DNA from: Octopus bimaculoides
Lineage: Eukaryota
Direction of reading: 5' to 3'
Assembly (NCBI RefSeq): GCF_001194135.2
Contig: NC_068984.1
Location: 87,856,501 to 87,920,500 of the forward strand
Length of the DNA: 64,000 nucleotides
The translations under genes and the position numbers were made by a program. Every line of letters starts with the position of its first letter. Positions within the stretch are counted from its first letter, which is position 1. Positions 52,283 to 64,000 of the stretch are shown piece after piece. The notes below the pieces were generated by a model, which saw only the letters and a list, made by a program, of their open reading frames with translations, did not search any database and was not told where the DNA came from.

Positions 52283-52555
52283 CATCACTAGGTCAGTCCT
52301 GATCAGGCAGGTTTTTGACAAAAGGTGTTCATAGTGTGACCATTGCGCCTTGTTTTTATATATATTACAAATACCCAGTATTTACATGCTATTATTATAG
52401 CTTTGTATGTTCTTCGAGATACAATTCCAAAAAAGGAATTAATCTAAGGTTATAATATTCAATGTATCATTTCTTCGATAAGACGGTAAGGTGTAGTTTG
52501 AAGAAGATTTGGCTGCTACTGCCTACAATCCCAACGACCACGTAGAGGTCTTCTA
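52283..52555 (-). repeat. (CAA)n-tailed repeat family copy
   Basis: aggtcagtcctgatcaggcagg...ggtgtagtttgaagaagatttggctgcta. Confidence 0.55.
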
Positions 52556-53410
52556 ATTGTGAATAATTCTAATTATTCTGTGTAACGTTTTGCTGCTTGT
52601 TTTGTGACTTATGCAGAGATAAATGGTTGCCAGGTTTCTGTTTATCAATAGATTTTCTTTGTCGAGTTGTCTGATGCCGAATGTTATCTATTATATTTGT
52701 GGACATCTCTTTTATTTATCATGTTGGCTGTTTCCATTGTATAATCGGGGTCTTTTATTTTGTTGTGTGGGATGTATTTTTTTATACGTCCATAATTATT
52801 TGGTTGAAACTTTGTACTGCAGTGTATGTATCAATGACTGAATTGTTCATGAATTTTGTGAACTATAATACTGTTTATTAGTGGAAATGAGTCCACTGGG
52901 CTTTACAAACTGAGCTTGTAAAAATATTTTTGTTTCATTCATTGATATACGAGTATACTGTGAAACTGATCGGTAGATGGTTAGGAGGGAATGTGTGTTT
53001 GTTATGTGGCTATGGAGGTAGTAAAGAACATGATCCTCGACTATCATGCAATTATTGGAGATAGTTGTATGAAATAAACGATGATTTGTGGGAAAATATT
53101 GCTGTAGTTAGTTTAGTGAGGTATGCTTCAATGACGGATGTTCAGGATATAAAGTTTACTTACTGTGCTATTGTGCCAATTTTCATGTTATTTATACTGT
53201 TGGTGTCTGATAGTGTGTTAAAGTGATGCAATCGGGATCTGTAACCTGGCATGGGAGATGTCGGGTCGGTGTTGGAATCTATATGTTTTGTACGTCAATG
53301 TGTCTCTTTATATTGGTTCTCGTATTAAAAGCGTGTCTTTCTTGTGCGTCGTTCTGCTCTATTAATGATCGATTGTTGTGTGTAGCATCAATGTTATATG
53401 TACCATGTGC

Positions 53411-53443
<33 letters not shown>

Positions 53444-53939
53444 NNNNNNNNNNNNNNNNNNNNNNNNNNNNNNNNNNNNNNNNNNNNNNNNNNNNNNNNN
53501 NNNNNNNNNNNNNNNNNNNNNNNNNNNNNNNNNNNNNNNNNNNNNNNNNNNNNNNNNNNNNNNNNNNNNNNNNNNNNNNNNNNNNNNNNNNNNNNNNNNN
53601 NNNNNNNNNNNNNNNNNNNNNNNNNNNNNNNNNNNNNNNNNNNNNNNNNNNNNNNNNNNNNNNNATATATATATATATTCTATACTCCTCTCGAGTTTGT
53701 TTGTCACATACCATACTATCGTGGCTGCAATTAAGGGTTTCAGAAATCCTGTGTTGGGCTTGTAATTTTGTTTCTTGTGAATATCATGGGATGATAACAC
53801 ATTTTTTGTTGCCATGAAAGTATTTGTAGATTGCCAATATTGCAGTACGTATATATTTGTTTTTAAGTTAAATTTATGTCCGTATATTGTTAATCAATTT
53901 GGTGCAAAGCACACCGTTGACAGTTCTACTTTGTAAAAC

Positions 53940-53977
<38 letters not shown>

Positions 53978-54384
53978 TAGTTGTTGTTGTTGTTGTTGTT
54001 GTTGTTTGGTTATTGCTATGGTATTGTTTTGAAATGTAATTATGTGAAACTGCCGTAAATGGTGTTATTTCAAAGTATTTATGAGAAAATTGAAACTGGA
54101 AAACTAAATTTTACAGGTTTTGAAGTTTATTTCATGTAGATTCATCACTACGTGTAGTGTTCGGTTTCCCTTTATTCTTTTGAATATTCAGCATCCCAGC
54201 CGTTACCAGTCCCCCTTTTATCTGGTGTATTTTTCACACACTTACAATGGAGAATGCAGTGCCCTTGCCGTTTGGAGAAGAAATCAAGTTGCTGCAGTAA
54301 GAAGTAACATATCGAATAATCCTCATCTCAGACTTTGGTACCAGTGCGTGTAATCTCTATAAAAGACACAATATATGGTCAAGT

Positions 54385-54460
54385 GTTCATGTTAAAGATA
54401 GGGTAGGGTAAAATTTGAAGATCATTTGGCTGCTAATTCTAGCAGGTCGTGTGACCGATA
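54385..54460 (-). repeat. (CAA)n-tailed repeat family fragment
   Basis: aatttgaagatcatttggctgctaattctagcaggtcg. Confidence 0.5.
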
Positions 54461-54559
54461 AAAGCCTTCATTATCTCATTTACCTTCGTTATTATATGAA
54501 GTAGTAGGAAGAGTTAGTTTGTTTTTTTTTGTTTGTTTGTTTTTATTAGTTTCAACTGA

Positions 54560-56900
54560 AGAAAAGGGCTGTGAAGTGGTCAGCGCAGGCCCTCCTAAAT
54601 CAGTGAGATTAATGCCGTTAACTTCTTGTTTAGACTGTTGCAAATCAATGAATGCAGGAAAGAGACTTGCAGACAGGGAATCCAGAGGGTAGTGGTTAGT
54701 GCAAAGTCTGGGTCTTGGACAGAATGTGAATAACGAGAAGAAAAGAAACGAGTGAGTCGAGAGTGCTAGTCAGATCTGAGGCTCAGAGATCATTGTAGTA
54801 GTGAAAGACGAGAGAGGATATCACAACTTAAAATATGTTTCTGAGCGATTTTATGCCAGTTTGTTGAGTGGCTTTTCTCAGGATACGATTTACAATGCTT
54901 GTGTATGAAGCAAAAATACATTCCCAGATATGGGAGCACTCATTGTTCTATTGTGAGTCTCACCTGAGCTTTCTAGAGGTTAGTAATTGAAGAAAGCTTG
55001 AAGATCCTCTGCCTCTGAAGATTTTGTGATGTAGTTTTTGCTGTATTGAATATGCGTATTCACCAGGAAAAGAATATTCAGTGGTAGTGGCAACTAAGAC
55101 AAGCTGCACTTAAGAAGGGGAGATAATCTCAAGAATCAATAATTCTCTAGAATTAATATGTCATTAAGTAAAAAGGACAGATTTATTGTCAGAAAGTGAA
55201 GGTGCATGATTCAGTGGATCGAGCGTAGGGCTCACAATCATGAAGTAGTAAGTTTCGATTCTTGAACCGGGCTACAAGAACTCTAGTTCGCAAGAATCCT
55301 AGTTGAATGTTACTCTTATTTGAGGAGTATAAGGTGCAGAAACGGTAAGTCATTTGTTTGTTTTTTTGTTTGTTTTTTTTTTGTTTTGTTTTTGCTGTTG
55401 AAAGAACCAAGAATGTTTTCAATGTGTCAGTCTATGTACTCGATTTTGGTGTGAAGGTATGAAGACACTTTCATATGTGTGAATGTTATCATGTGCGTGG
55501 AAGTTGGTGAAGGTGGAAGCGAGTAGGCCATTAATGTACAGGACGAAGAGTGTGATGGACTTAATTGAACCCTGGGAAATAACAGAGTTGATAGAGCGTG
55601 GGTTACTCGGAGTTTCATCAGCACTCACCATGATAGTGCAATCTAACCACTAACCATCGATCAAAGAGGTAGGGAAAGGCTAGAAGTCATAATTCAACCT
55701 GAAGGTTGATTATGCTGACTGTCTTATTGATTCGAAGCTTGTTGGAGGTACTTTTGCTTTTGGTATATAAAAATTCATGGAGGTAAGCCTGGTAGAATGG
55801 AGAGAGATAATAATGGAATATATTTCTCTGGTTGTAGTGCAAAGTTAGACGCTCATCGAGCTAATCGAGTAGTAAATGTGAATGTATTCCCTTAGAACCG
55901 TCATAGCTGATATATGGAAGAAAGGAATATATAGAAAAAATGGGGTCAGAAGTTATTTTGGAAAGGGAGTTGAAAAACTTATTGTAGTTTGGGAGAGCTT
56001 GGAAGTTGGATGATGCACGAAGGCATACTTCACGATTCTCATACGGATCTAGCAGGGATTGCTGGGCAAATACTATCCAATTTATAGAAGCGTTTTGTGG
56101 GATCGTTGCATCATAGCCCTGAGTGAACTACGTGGGCAACTTAGGATATTGAATTTTGGTCTAACGGATAGTGTCAGCAGCTCGCTTGGTAGTTTCTGAT
56201 GGGTCAGTGAAGCACATGTCTTAACATGAATAGTTAGCACAGGACTGATGGAGCCCCGAGCAGTCTGATGTCTGGTGAAGAGAATGGGGAGTATGTATGT
56301 GGTGGATATTCGTGATAAGAAAGTGTTCAGATGACCCGATATGTGCTCAAGTGGTAGTGTTTTCAATGTGAGAAATATATCAAGGATGTTTGGAGTGTTT
56401 TTGTATCAGTCAGGGATGAATGTAATATGAAACAAGTTGTTGTACAGATTTGAGGATTGTGAAAGAAAGATACCGTTTCTGCATCAGAGACATCAATATG
56501 AACAGTATGAGAACCAAGCAGAGTAATAAGCATTGAAGGACGCTGATTTGATCGGAGGATGAAGTGAGATAGATGGCATTGATGCATGATGAGATATGGT
56601 TTAATATGGCTTGAAGATATATGGAAAAAACGTCGGTGGTTGGAGCACTTTGGAGAATGGTAAAGAAAGCAGATCTATTTGGAGGTGTGGAGCGAGACTA
56701 CAAATGAGATTTTATTGAGAAAAAGATGATTGGCAGAGAAAATGAAATCTACGTAAATACAAGCATCACATTGCGGTGTGAAATTTAGGCTGCACAATAG
56801 GGATATACTACAGATAATGGCTTAGAGACTCTCGGAGAGGAATAAGATGTGTGCCTTGCGTATTAGTAGGTCTAGTCTGGATAGAAATATACATATATCA
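54560..56900 (-). mobile_element. Decayed CR1-type LINE ORF2 (same clade as 24440-26890), with an insert at 55088-55275
   Basis: FLYHSP (EN), INSVISQGS...LFVLYINGLL (RT), ECSHIW and C-terminal remnants in the expected order. Confidence 0.82.
55088..55275 (+). repeat. Inverted near-identical copy of 49385-49553 (repeat arm, TSD and SINE head)
   Basis: Manual alignment shows roughly 90% or better identity over ~185 bp. Confidence 0.92.
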
Positions 56901-58070
56901 GAGAAGAGACTGGGCAATTGACCTACAGGTTTAATTTTAGCTTTTGGCCTCTAGGTAAGAGTAAAGGGTATCCGAAAGCTAACAACAGAGTGAACTCCGG
57001 ATAAGGCACCTTTAGACCAGGTAACAGCATTAAACTGGGCTACGCGATATGCCTACCACACCCTAAATGCGCTCTACATTGTATGCATTAAGATTATAGA
57101 AGATAAATGGTATATCGAATTTAAACATGTAAACATATATATATGTAAATGTATGTGTATGTGTATGTGTGTAACTAAACCGGCAATATACCAAACTTGT
57201 TTGGTATAAAGGTGGTTTTCGTTGGACACCTTACAAGAACGAAAAACAAAACCTTGTCAATAGACGGATTAACGGCCATCCAACAGGTGGGAATAAAAGA
57301 CCGCTAATCTTTACTTATACGTTTCTCTAGGAGGAGGAAATTCCGAAATAATATCCGCCACATTGCGAAGCCGGAGATCTTGCTCTTGCCTGCTTTTTGT
57401 AGATGAGAGTCTTAGCGGTGTTGAGCAAGCCATTATTGACTTTAAAAATTTCAGCACGGGCATTGCTGAATAAGCTATGGGAAAAAGATAGCTTGTGAGT
57501 AATAGTCCAACTGGGCTACGAGTCGACAGCCACCATGTATAAATGTATGCATGTATGTATGTATGTGTATGTATGTATGTATGTATGTATGTATGTATGT
57601 ATGTATGTATGTATGTATTATGTATGTATGTATGTATGTATATAGGTAGGTAGGTAGGTAGGTAGGTAGGTNNNNNNNNNNNNNNNNNNNNNNNNNNNNN
57701 NNNNNNNNNNNNNNNNNNNNNNNNNNNNNNNNNNNNNNNNNNNNNNNNNNNNNNNNNNNNNNNNNNNNNNNNNNNNNNNNNNNNNNNNNNNNNNNNNNNN
57801 NNNNNNNNNNNNNNNNNNNNNNNNNNNNNNNNNNNNNNNNNNNNNNNNNNNNNNNNNNNNNNNNNNNNNNNNNNNNNNNNNNNNNNNNNNNNNNNNNNNN
57901 NNNNNNNNNNNNNNNNNNNNNNNNNNNNNNNNNNNNNNNNNNNNNNNNNNNNNNNNNNNNNNNNNNNNNNNNNNNNNNNNNNNNNNNNNNNNNNNNNNNN
58001 NNNNNNNNNNNNNNNNNNNNNNNNNATATATTCGTGTGTGTGTGTGTAGGTATGTGTGTATGTGTGTGTG

Positions 58071-58121
<51 letters not shown>

Positions 58122-58224
58122 GTGCGTGTGTGTCGCAACAATGCCCTGTGAATAATAGCCATAATGATACGTGTCGGAATCAGTAAAGCAACGGACAATA
58201 TATTGTGAGGTAATTTGTGACATC

Positions 58225-58370
58225 CTTTTATCTTCTGAATTTAAATCTCGACGAGGTCAGCTTTTCCTTTCATCTCACCTAGGTCGATAATAAGTATCAG
58301 TATAATTCTGCTAGTGTTATGCTAACAGATTTCTCACTTTCTCACTTGCGCCAAAGTTAGAAATCATTGC
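58225..58370 (+). mobile_element. Degenerate family 1 SINE
   Basis: ctgaatttaaatctcgacgaggtcagcttttcctttcatc...ggtcgataataagtatcag. Confidence 0.6.
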
Positions 58371-58644
58371 TAATGTTGGATATTATCAAAAACACGTGTT
58401 CTGGCGTGTTCTGAAATTGCTCATGTTTGGACACATAATAATATTTGTTTTATCCAACATAAGGCACATTGTGTTTACTATTAATATATCAAAGAAAAGG
58501 ATGAGTCCTACATTGTTGTCTACCTTCACCGTTTCCAGAAGAATTGTGTTATTTGTAATTTCTCAAGTTAGTCGCGAAGCGAGGAATACACTTTCAGTAA
58601 GGCTATGCTGGTGATAGTGGCAGAGATTGATATTGTTGTTATTG

Positions 58645-58830
58645 TTGTTGTTGCTTAGCCGTAAGTCAACTCTGACCAAACAGAACAATGATCAAAGACA
58701 TTCTCAGTCAACCCATCCCTTTTTCCTTCAGTTTTTCAGATATACACTTATCATACATTATCCAATCTGTCTTACCATCGCTTAAGATGGAGGGTATGGT
58801 TTGAGGGAGAGTCAGTTATTATTTCTAGCA
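58645..58830 (-). repeat. (CAA)n-tailed repeat family copy
   Basis: (GTT)n then ttagcc..gtcaactctgacc..atgatcaaagacattc...ggtttgagggagag. Confidence 0.6.
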
Positions 58831-59129
58831 ATTTTTCCAATAATAGAAGTAGTTGCCTTTTCACTCTCTCAGGGGAAAGGAAGGAGATAACCACAGTAAA
58901 TGTTAACAGCAACTACACTAACATCACAAAAGTATAAAATATAATTTGCAAGGCAATACTAACAACAACGTCCACAAGTTAACACAGTCAACAAAGGTAA
59001 TATTGACAAGAACAAAATTAAATACGATAAAAGGAAAGGAGAACAATAAAAGCAAATGTGAAGAGAAGTACATATTTAGACCAGCTACTGAGAAGAACAT
59101 ACATCAGTATAATGTTATTAAGATGAGGT

Positions 59130-61300
59130 AGATAAATAGGCAAAATGTGAATAGTGAGAAGGAGAATACACAGAAGAATGTGTAATAAAGCTATCGTCGC
59201 TTTCCTCAGAAACTAAAAATACAGATTTTGAGGAAAGAATTAAAGCTATAAGGCCATAGATAAGCAGGTGAGAAAGGACTTCATTTTAATTAGTTAAGAT
59301 ATTGTGCCTTAGGAAGCATTGAGCTAAGGAATGTGGACAAAATGCTGTCCAAATATTGTGTTGTGTTGCTGTGAACTTCATGAAGAAGACGAGTTGACTG
59401 AAATTACAATCAACGAATGCAACGTGTCTAGATAGACAATATTATCTTTTTAAAAATTCAGGTGATATAAAACAAATTCAAAACCATCTTGAATATTATT
59501 TCTCTCAAAGTCCTCTGGGTGAAAGAAAATATGAGGCTGGAGAAACAGGGTAAATATTCAAGGTCTTCAGTTACCTACCCCTGTGTTTTGCTGTGATTTA
59601 CAGCAGAAAAAGTGCAGTGGTGCGAAAGATTTAGAACATCTTCAAATACAGAAGGTTGTAAGCAGCCGCACATAGAACACAGCTTCTGTATTGGATTGTC
59701 TACCCTTCTGACTGTGTTGGTATTTACCTAACTATTGTCTTGGTTGACTTGTACTGCAATAAGCAATAGACTTGGAGTGTTCCCACCTTCGTAAACTGGA
59801 AGTTGACCTGCTACTTACGAGTAGGAGGTACAGAGAGGACGATTTAAAACTTATTGTGTTATTAAATTGTTTTTGAATCTTTTGTTTAAAGGAGTAACAT
59901 GCATTTCATAATGTCGTCGAACAAAAACATTGATTATGCCATTTCCCGTGGATGAATCCAGTATAACCTTCATCGTGTGTGATATATTGTATAGATGCTA
60001 GCGAGTAAATACAACTTTTGCATAGTTTCATCAATTTAGATAAAATTGAAAACGTTTGATAGAGATAACCATCGCTATTTGGAGCTGTTGTAGACACAAC
60101 TGTTTCTGCTCTATCTTCAGCGGTTGCATTGCAACATGAAATAATGGTATCTTCTTAATAGTCGGAGTAAATGCTTACTTGCCGAAATCATTTCGCGTTA
60201 CACACGCTTTACGTTAAGCATTCCCATCTTAGAGCATTTTGTGAAAATCACCAAGAGCTAAACCACAAATTTTATATTTGTAAGTGAACGATGCCGTTGT
60301 TTAGACCTTGATTATCCGTGATTGAAATGACCTATGATCAAAAAACATTCCAGCCGCAGCTGCTCCAGTTTCTAGCGGTACCCTTTCCTTACTTGAGCTA
60401 GCAGAGAATAAAGCGTACACATAAAGGTGTCTTAGCTGATAGTTTCAACAGATCAAATGACAAATAGCAACTCATCCATTGGACTAGAGCAGAACAATGT
60501 GAAGAGAACTTAGTCTGTCCCTAAAGTTTGATGCCTGGCAGTTATCCCACTAGCACTTTGTTGGGCGCTGAAACGATCCTGTTTGCTACATCAAGAACAC
60601 AAGCCCAGATACCTTTGTCACTTTGTGATACCTGGTCCTCCTCCAAGCTTGAGATAGTTGTAGTATAAATATCTAACAAGGAAAATCGTGGGCACATGGA
60701 GAAGTGAGTACATAGTGTTTGTAGCTGATCTAAAGGTTAAGTTACTCGCTTCAGATCTTCAAGTTGATGGAAATTGGAATAAATTGATGACCAGAAATGA
60801 ATTGAAAGGAAGTATATTTGAAAGGTCATGCAAAGATGATGAATGCTTCAATTATATGTTACTTCTTTATCACTGTGTCTTTCTCCGTGGCATATCGGTT
60901 CTCAGACATGCATTTCAACCTTTTGTCTCATTCTGAACAGCGACCCCGAATCTGTGTGATCTGCGTACACTGAATATTTGTGTTTGCTATCTGGAGTGTT
61001 GCAGTCGGTATTTACGCTTGATATCTGGTCAGTGTGGTCGTTAGATCAACCGTAGCATTCTATAGAATGTTAATGGAAGATGTAAGAGAAGATGACATTG
61101 GAGATATTTCGAGCGAACGTTGATAATATACTAAACAGACTTTCTCAGGCTTTCAGATTAGGATCATGACATACACCTAACATGTCAGCAAATCTCTAAT
61201 CTATGGAATTATGTCGAACAGCAGCTACACCTGTAGAACAGGTCTTGCTTTAAAGCTCACTCCATTGACACGATCGCTCTACGTTTCAAGAGCAAGAATA
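59130..61300 (-). pseudogene. Decayed TLR-like copy H (near full length; a repeat is inserted at ~60300-60450)
   Basis: YRCSCC (LRRNT-like), ILPFNSF, QLEDLKRV, QTFSILSKLMKL and HNQCFCS (ORF 59906..60097), DNPIQKLCSMCGC; single-frame TIR-like HVAFVD...AFCPH...HNILTN*...ILSSKSVFLVSE. Confidence 0.52.
60300..60450 (-). repeat. (CAA)n-tailed repeat family copy
   Basis: gacctatgatcaaaaaacattccagcc. Confidence 0.5.
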
Positions 61301-61677
61301 AAAGAACGAGATTGAGAGGCGAACGAAACTGAGAGGACTAAGGACTGAATTTTTCCAATACGAGGAAGTCATAAGAAAAATCTGAAGGTGTTTGATGTGG
61401 CTGAATTTGTGAACAAAAAATGGGTTTATACGTTAAACTTTTGAACGATTACTGAGTGAGAAATTCCATATAAAAGAGACATTCTTCAGAGTCACCAAGA
61501 TGGGTCGGAGATGTTTGGAAATAGAGAGCATCAGACTAATGTGGAGGGTAGCTGTCGTTCTGGGCAGTCTGCTCCTTCATTGAGTGGCAGAATTATAGGT
61601 ATAAGCTGTGTGTATACCTGTCTCTCTTTCTCTCACGGTTCTCTCTCTGTCTCTCTCTCTTTGTTTCTGTCTCTTTG

Positions 61678-61726
<49 letters not shown>

Positions 61727-62059
61727 NNNNNNNNNNNNNNNNNNNNNNNNNNNNNNNNNNNNNNNNNNNNNNNNNNNNNNNNNNNNNNNNNNNNNNNNNN
61801 NNNNNNNNNNNNNNNNNNNNNNNNNNNNNNNNNNNNNNNNNNNNNNNNNNNNNNNNNNNNNNNNNNNNNNNNNNNNNNNNNNNNNNNNNNNNNNNNNNNN
61901 NNNNNNNNNNNNNNNNNNNNNNNNNNNNNNNNNNNNNNNNNNNNNNNNNNNNNNNNNNNNNNNNNNNNNNNNNNNNNNNNNNNNNNNNNNNNNNNNNNNN
62001 NNNNNNNNNNNNNNNNNNNNNNNNNNNNNNNNNNNNNNNNNNNNNNNNNNNNNNNNNNN

Positions 62060-62107
<48 letters not shown>

Positions 62108-62865
62108 CATACATTCTATATACATCCACACACACATATACATACATACGTACATACATACAAAGATTCATACATACATACATACGTACATACATACATA
62201 CATACATACATACATACATACATACATACATACATACATACATAATATATGAATGAGCGTATTCGTCCTCGCGTCTTTGTGCACGTGAATGTGTGTGATA
62301 ATGTCCGTTAAAGTATCTCTGTTTACATTTATTGATGCAATCCGGTATGTCGAATTGGTTCATTCTATGTTAAAAATCTAACTTGATGAATCGGTAAATA
62401 CAGATCGATTTGCTAAAACTTTCCTGTTCTCTCCAAGCGAATACATAGGCTCAGACAGACACAGGCACGCGCGAATGCATACACACACACAGACACACAC
62501 ACACACACACTCACTCACTCATTCACTCACTCACTCACTTACAACGCACACACACACGTACACACACACACACACACACAGAGTGTATGTGAATGTTGTT
62601 TTTGTAAATGCGCATCGCTATGTTTTCTTTTCTTTTTTATTTGTTAATGCACATGAGCGATGAGTATTTATTTTGTCCTTGTGGCAAAATAAAGACTTTA
62701 TTCGTTTATTTACTTCAATCAATTCTTTGAATTCGGCACGTAAAGTTATGACTGAAGTGTTCGAATTTACACATGCAAGGAAATAGTCAACAAGGAACAC
62801 AGACGCAGACAAAGAATAGTTGGAAAAATCAAACTTTGTATCTTTTCATACATACGTGATATACA

Positions 62866-62929
<64 letters not shown>
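62060..62929. repeat. (TA)n, (TACA)n, (CA)n and (CACT)n microsatellite-rich block
   Basis: Direct. Confidence 0.9.
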
Positions 62930-64000
62930 NNNNNNNNNNNNNNNNNNNNNNNNNNNNNNNNNNNNNNNNNNNNNNNNNNNNNNNNNNNNNNNNNNNNNNN
63001 NNNNNNNNNNNNNNNNNNNNNNNNNNNNNNNNNNNNNNNNNNNNNNNNNNNNNNNNNNNNNNNNNNNNNNNNNNNNNNNNNNNNNNNNNNNNNNNNNNNN
63101 NNNNNNNNNNNNNNNNNNNNNNNNNNNNNNNNNNNNNNNNNNNNNNNNNNNNNNNNNNNNNNNNNNNNNNNNNNNNNNNNNNNNNNNNNNNNNNNNNNNN
63201 NNNNNNNNNNNNNNNNNNNNNNNNNNNNNNNNNNNNNNNNNNNNNNNNNNNNNNNNNNNNNNNNNNNNNNNNNNNNNNNNNNNNNNNNNNNNNNNNNNNN
63301 NNNNNNNNNNNNNNNNNNNNNNNNNNNNNNNNNNNNNNNNNNNNNNNNNNNNNNNNNNNNNNNNNNNNNNNNNNNNNNNNNNNNNNNNNNNNNNNNNNNN
63401 NNNNNNNNNNNNNNNNNNNNNNNNNNNNNNNNNNNNNNNNNNNNNNNNNNNNNNNNNNNNNNNNNNNNNNNNNNNNNNNNNNNNNNNNNNNNNNNNNNNN
63501 NNNNNNNNNNNNNNNNNNNNNNNNNNNNNNNNNNNNNNNNNNNNNNNNNNNNNNNNNNNNNNNNNNNNNNNNNNNNNNNNNNNNNNNNNNNNNNNNNNNN
63601 NNNNNNNNNNNNNNNNNNNNNNNNNNNNNNNNNNNNNNNNNNNNNNNNNNNNNNNNNNNNNNNNNNNNNNNNNNNNNNNNNNNNNNNNNNNNNNNNNNNN
63701 NNNNNNNNNNNNNNNNNNNNNNNNNNNNNNNNNNNNNNNNNNNNNNNNNNNNNNNTATATATATATATATATATATATGCGTATATATTTATATGTATTA
63801 CGTGTGTACACACACATTCACACATATATATATATCAACGCACTCTTTGTGTAACAATTAGGAATAATTCAGTTGGTGTGAAGTGGGTAGATTTGGTAAT
63901 TAACGTACGTGGAAATTTATGTAAACGGTTTGGGCAGAAGCAAGCCTACTTCTGACTTATCAAAGCTTCATGAGCATCATGTAGGTTTGAATAGGAATCC

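Larger units (their letters stand above)
51245..53230 (-). mobile_element. Decayed Jockey/I-like LINE (APE to early RT), interrupted by nested insertions
   Basis: VLYYLHSHI (EN-like, ORF 52847..53047), SMASGPDKI (~52090), HIDINKTID (cf. LDISKAFD, ~51300). Confidence 0.55.

Noticed and set aside
57190-57530. TIR-like words in unique sequence
   Set aside because: I could read TIR-like motifs on both strands, which shows the over-reading risk; not called

Overview
AT-rich eukaryotic (animal) genomic DNA with nine N-gaps and very dense microsatellites. The SINE families and repeat style point to a coleoid cephalopod, probably Octopus (inference from pattern recognition). I found no intact protein-coding gene, tRNA, rRNA or CRISPR array. 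Much of the window is transposon debris: an RTE LINE, many R4/Dong-type restriction-like-endonuclease (RLE) retrotransposon copies at trinucleotide microsatellites, two CR1-type LINEs, Tx1/L1, Jockey/I-like and possible Penelope remnants, a Helitron helicase fragment, a Tc1 relic, a mariner MITE and several tRNA-derived SINEs. The main observation is that much of the remaining non-repeat DNA translates on the minus strand into decayed Toll-like-receptor-like segments in LRR, LRRCT, TM, TIR order. About six head-to-tail copies lie at 34.3-45.9 kb, with further remnants near 2.6-3.3, 5.7-6.8, 27, 47 and 59-61 kb. This suggests a tandem TLR graveyard. These calls rest on manual translation of sequence riddled with stops and frameshifts and need HMM confirmation. 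Most coordinates are approximate.
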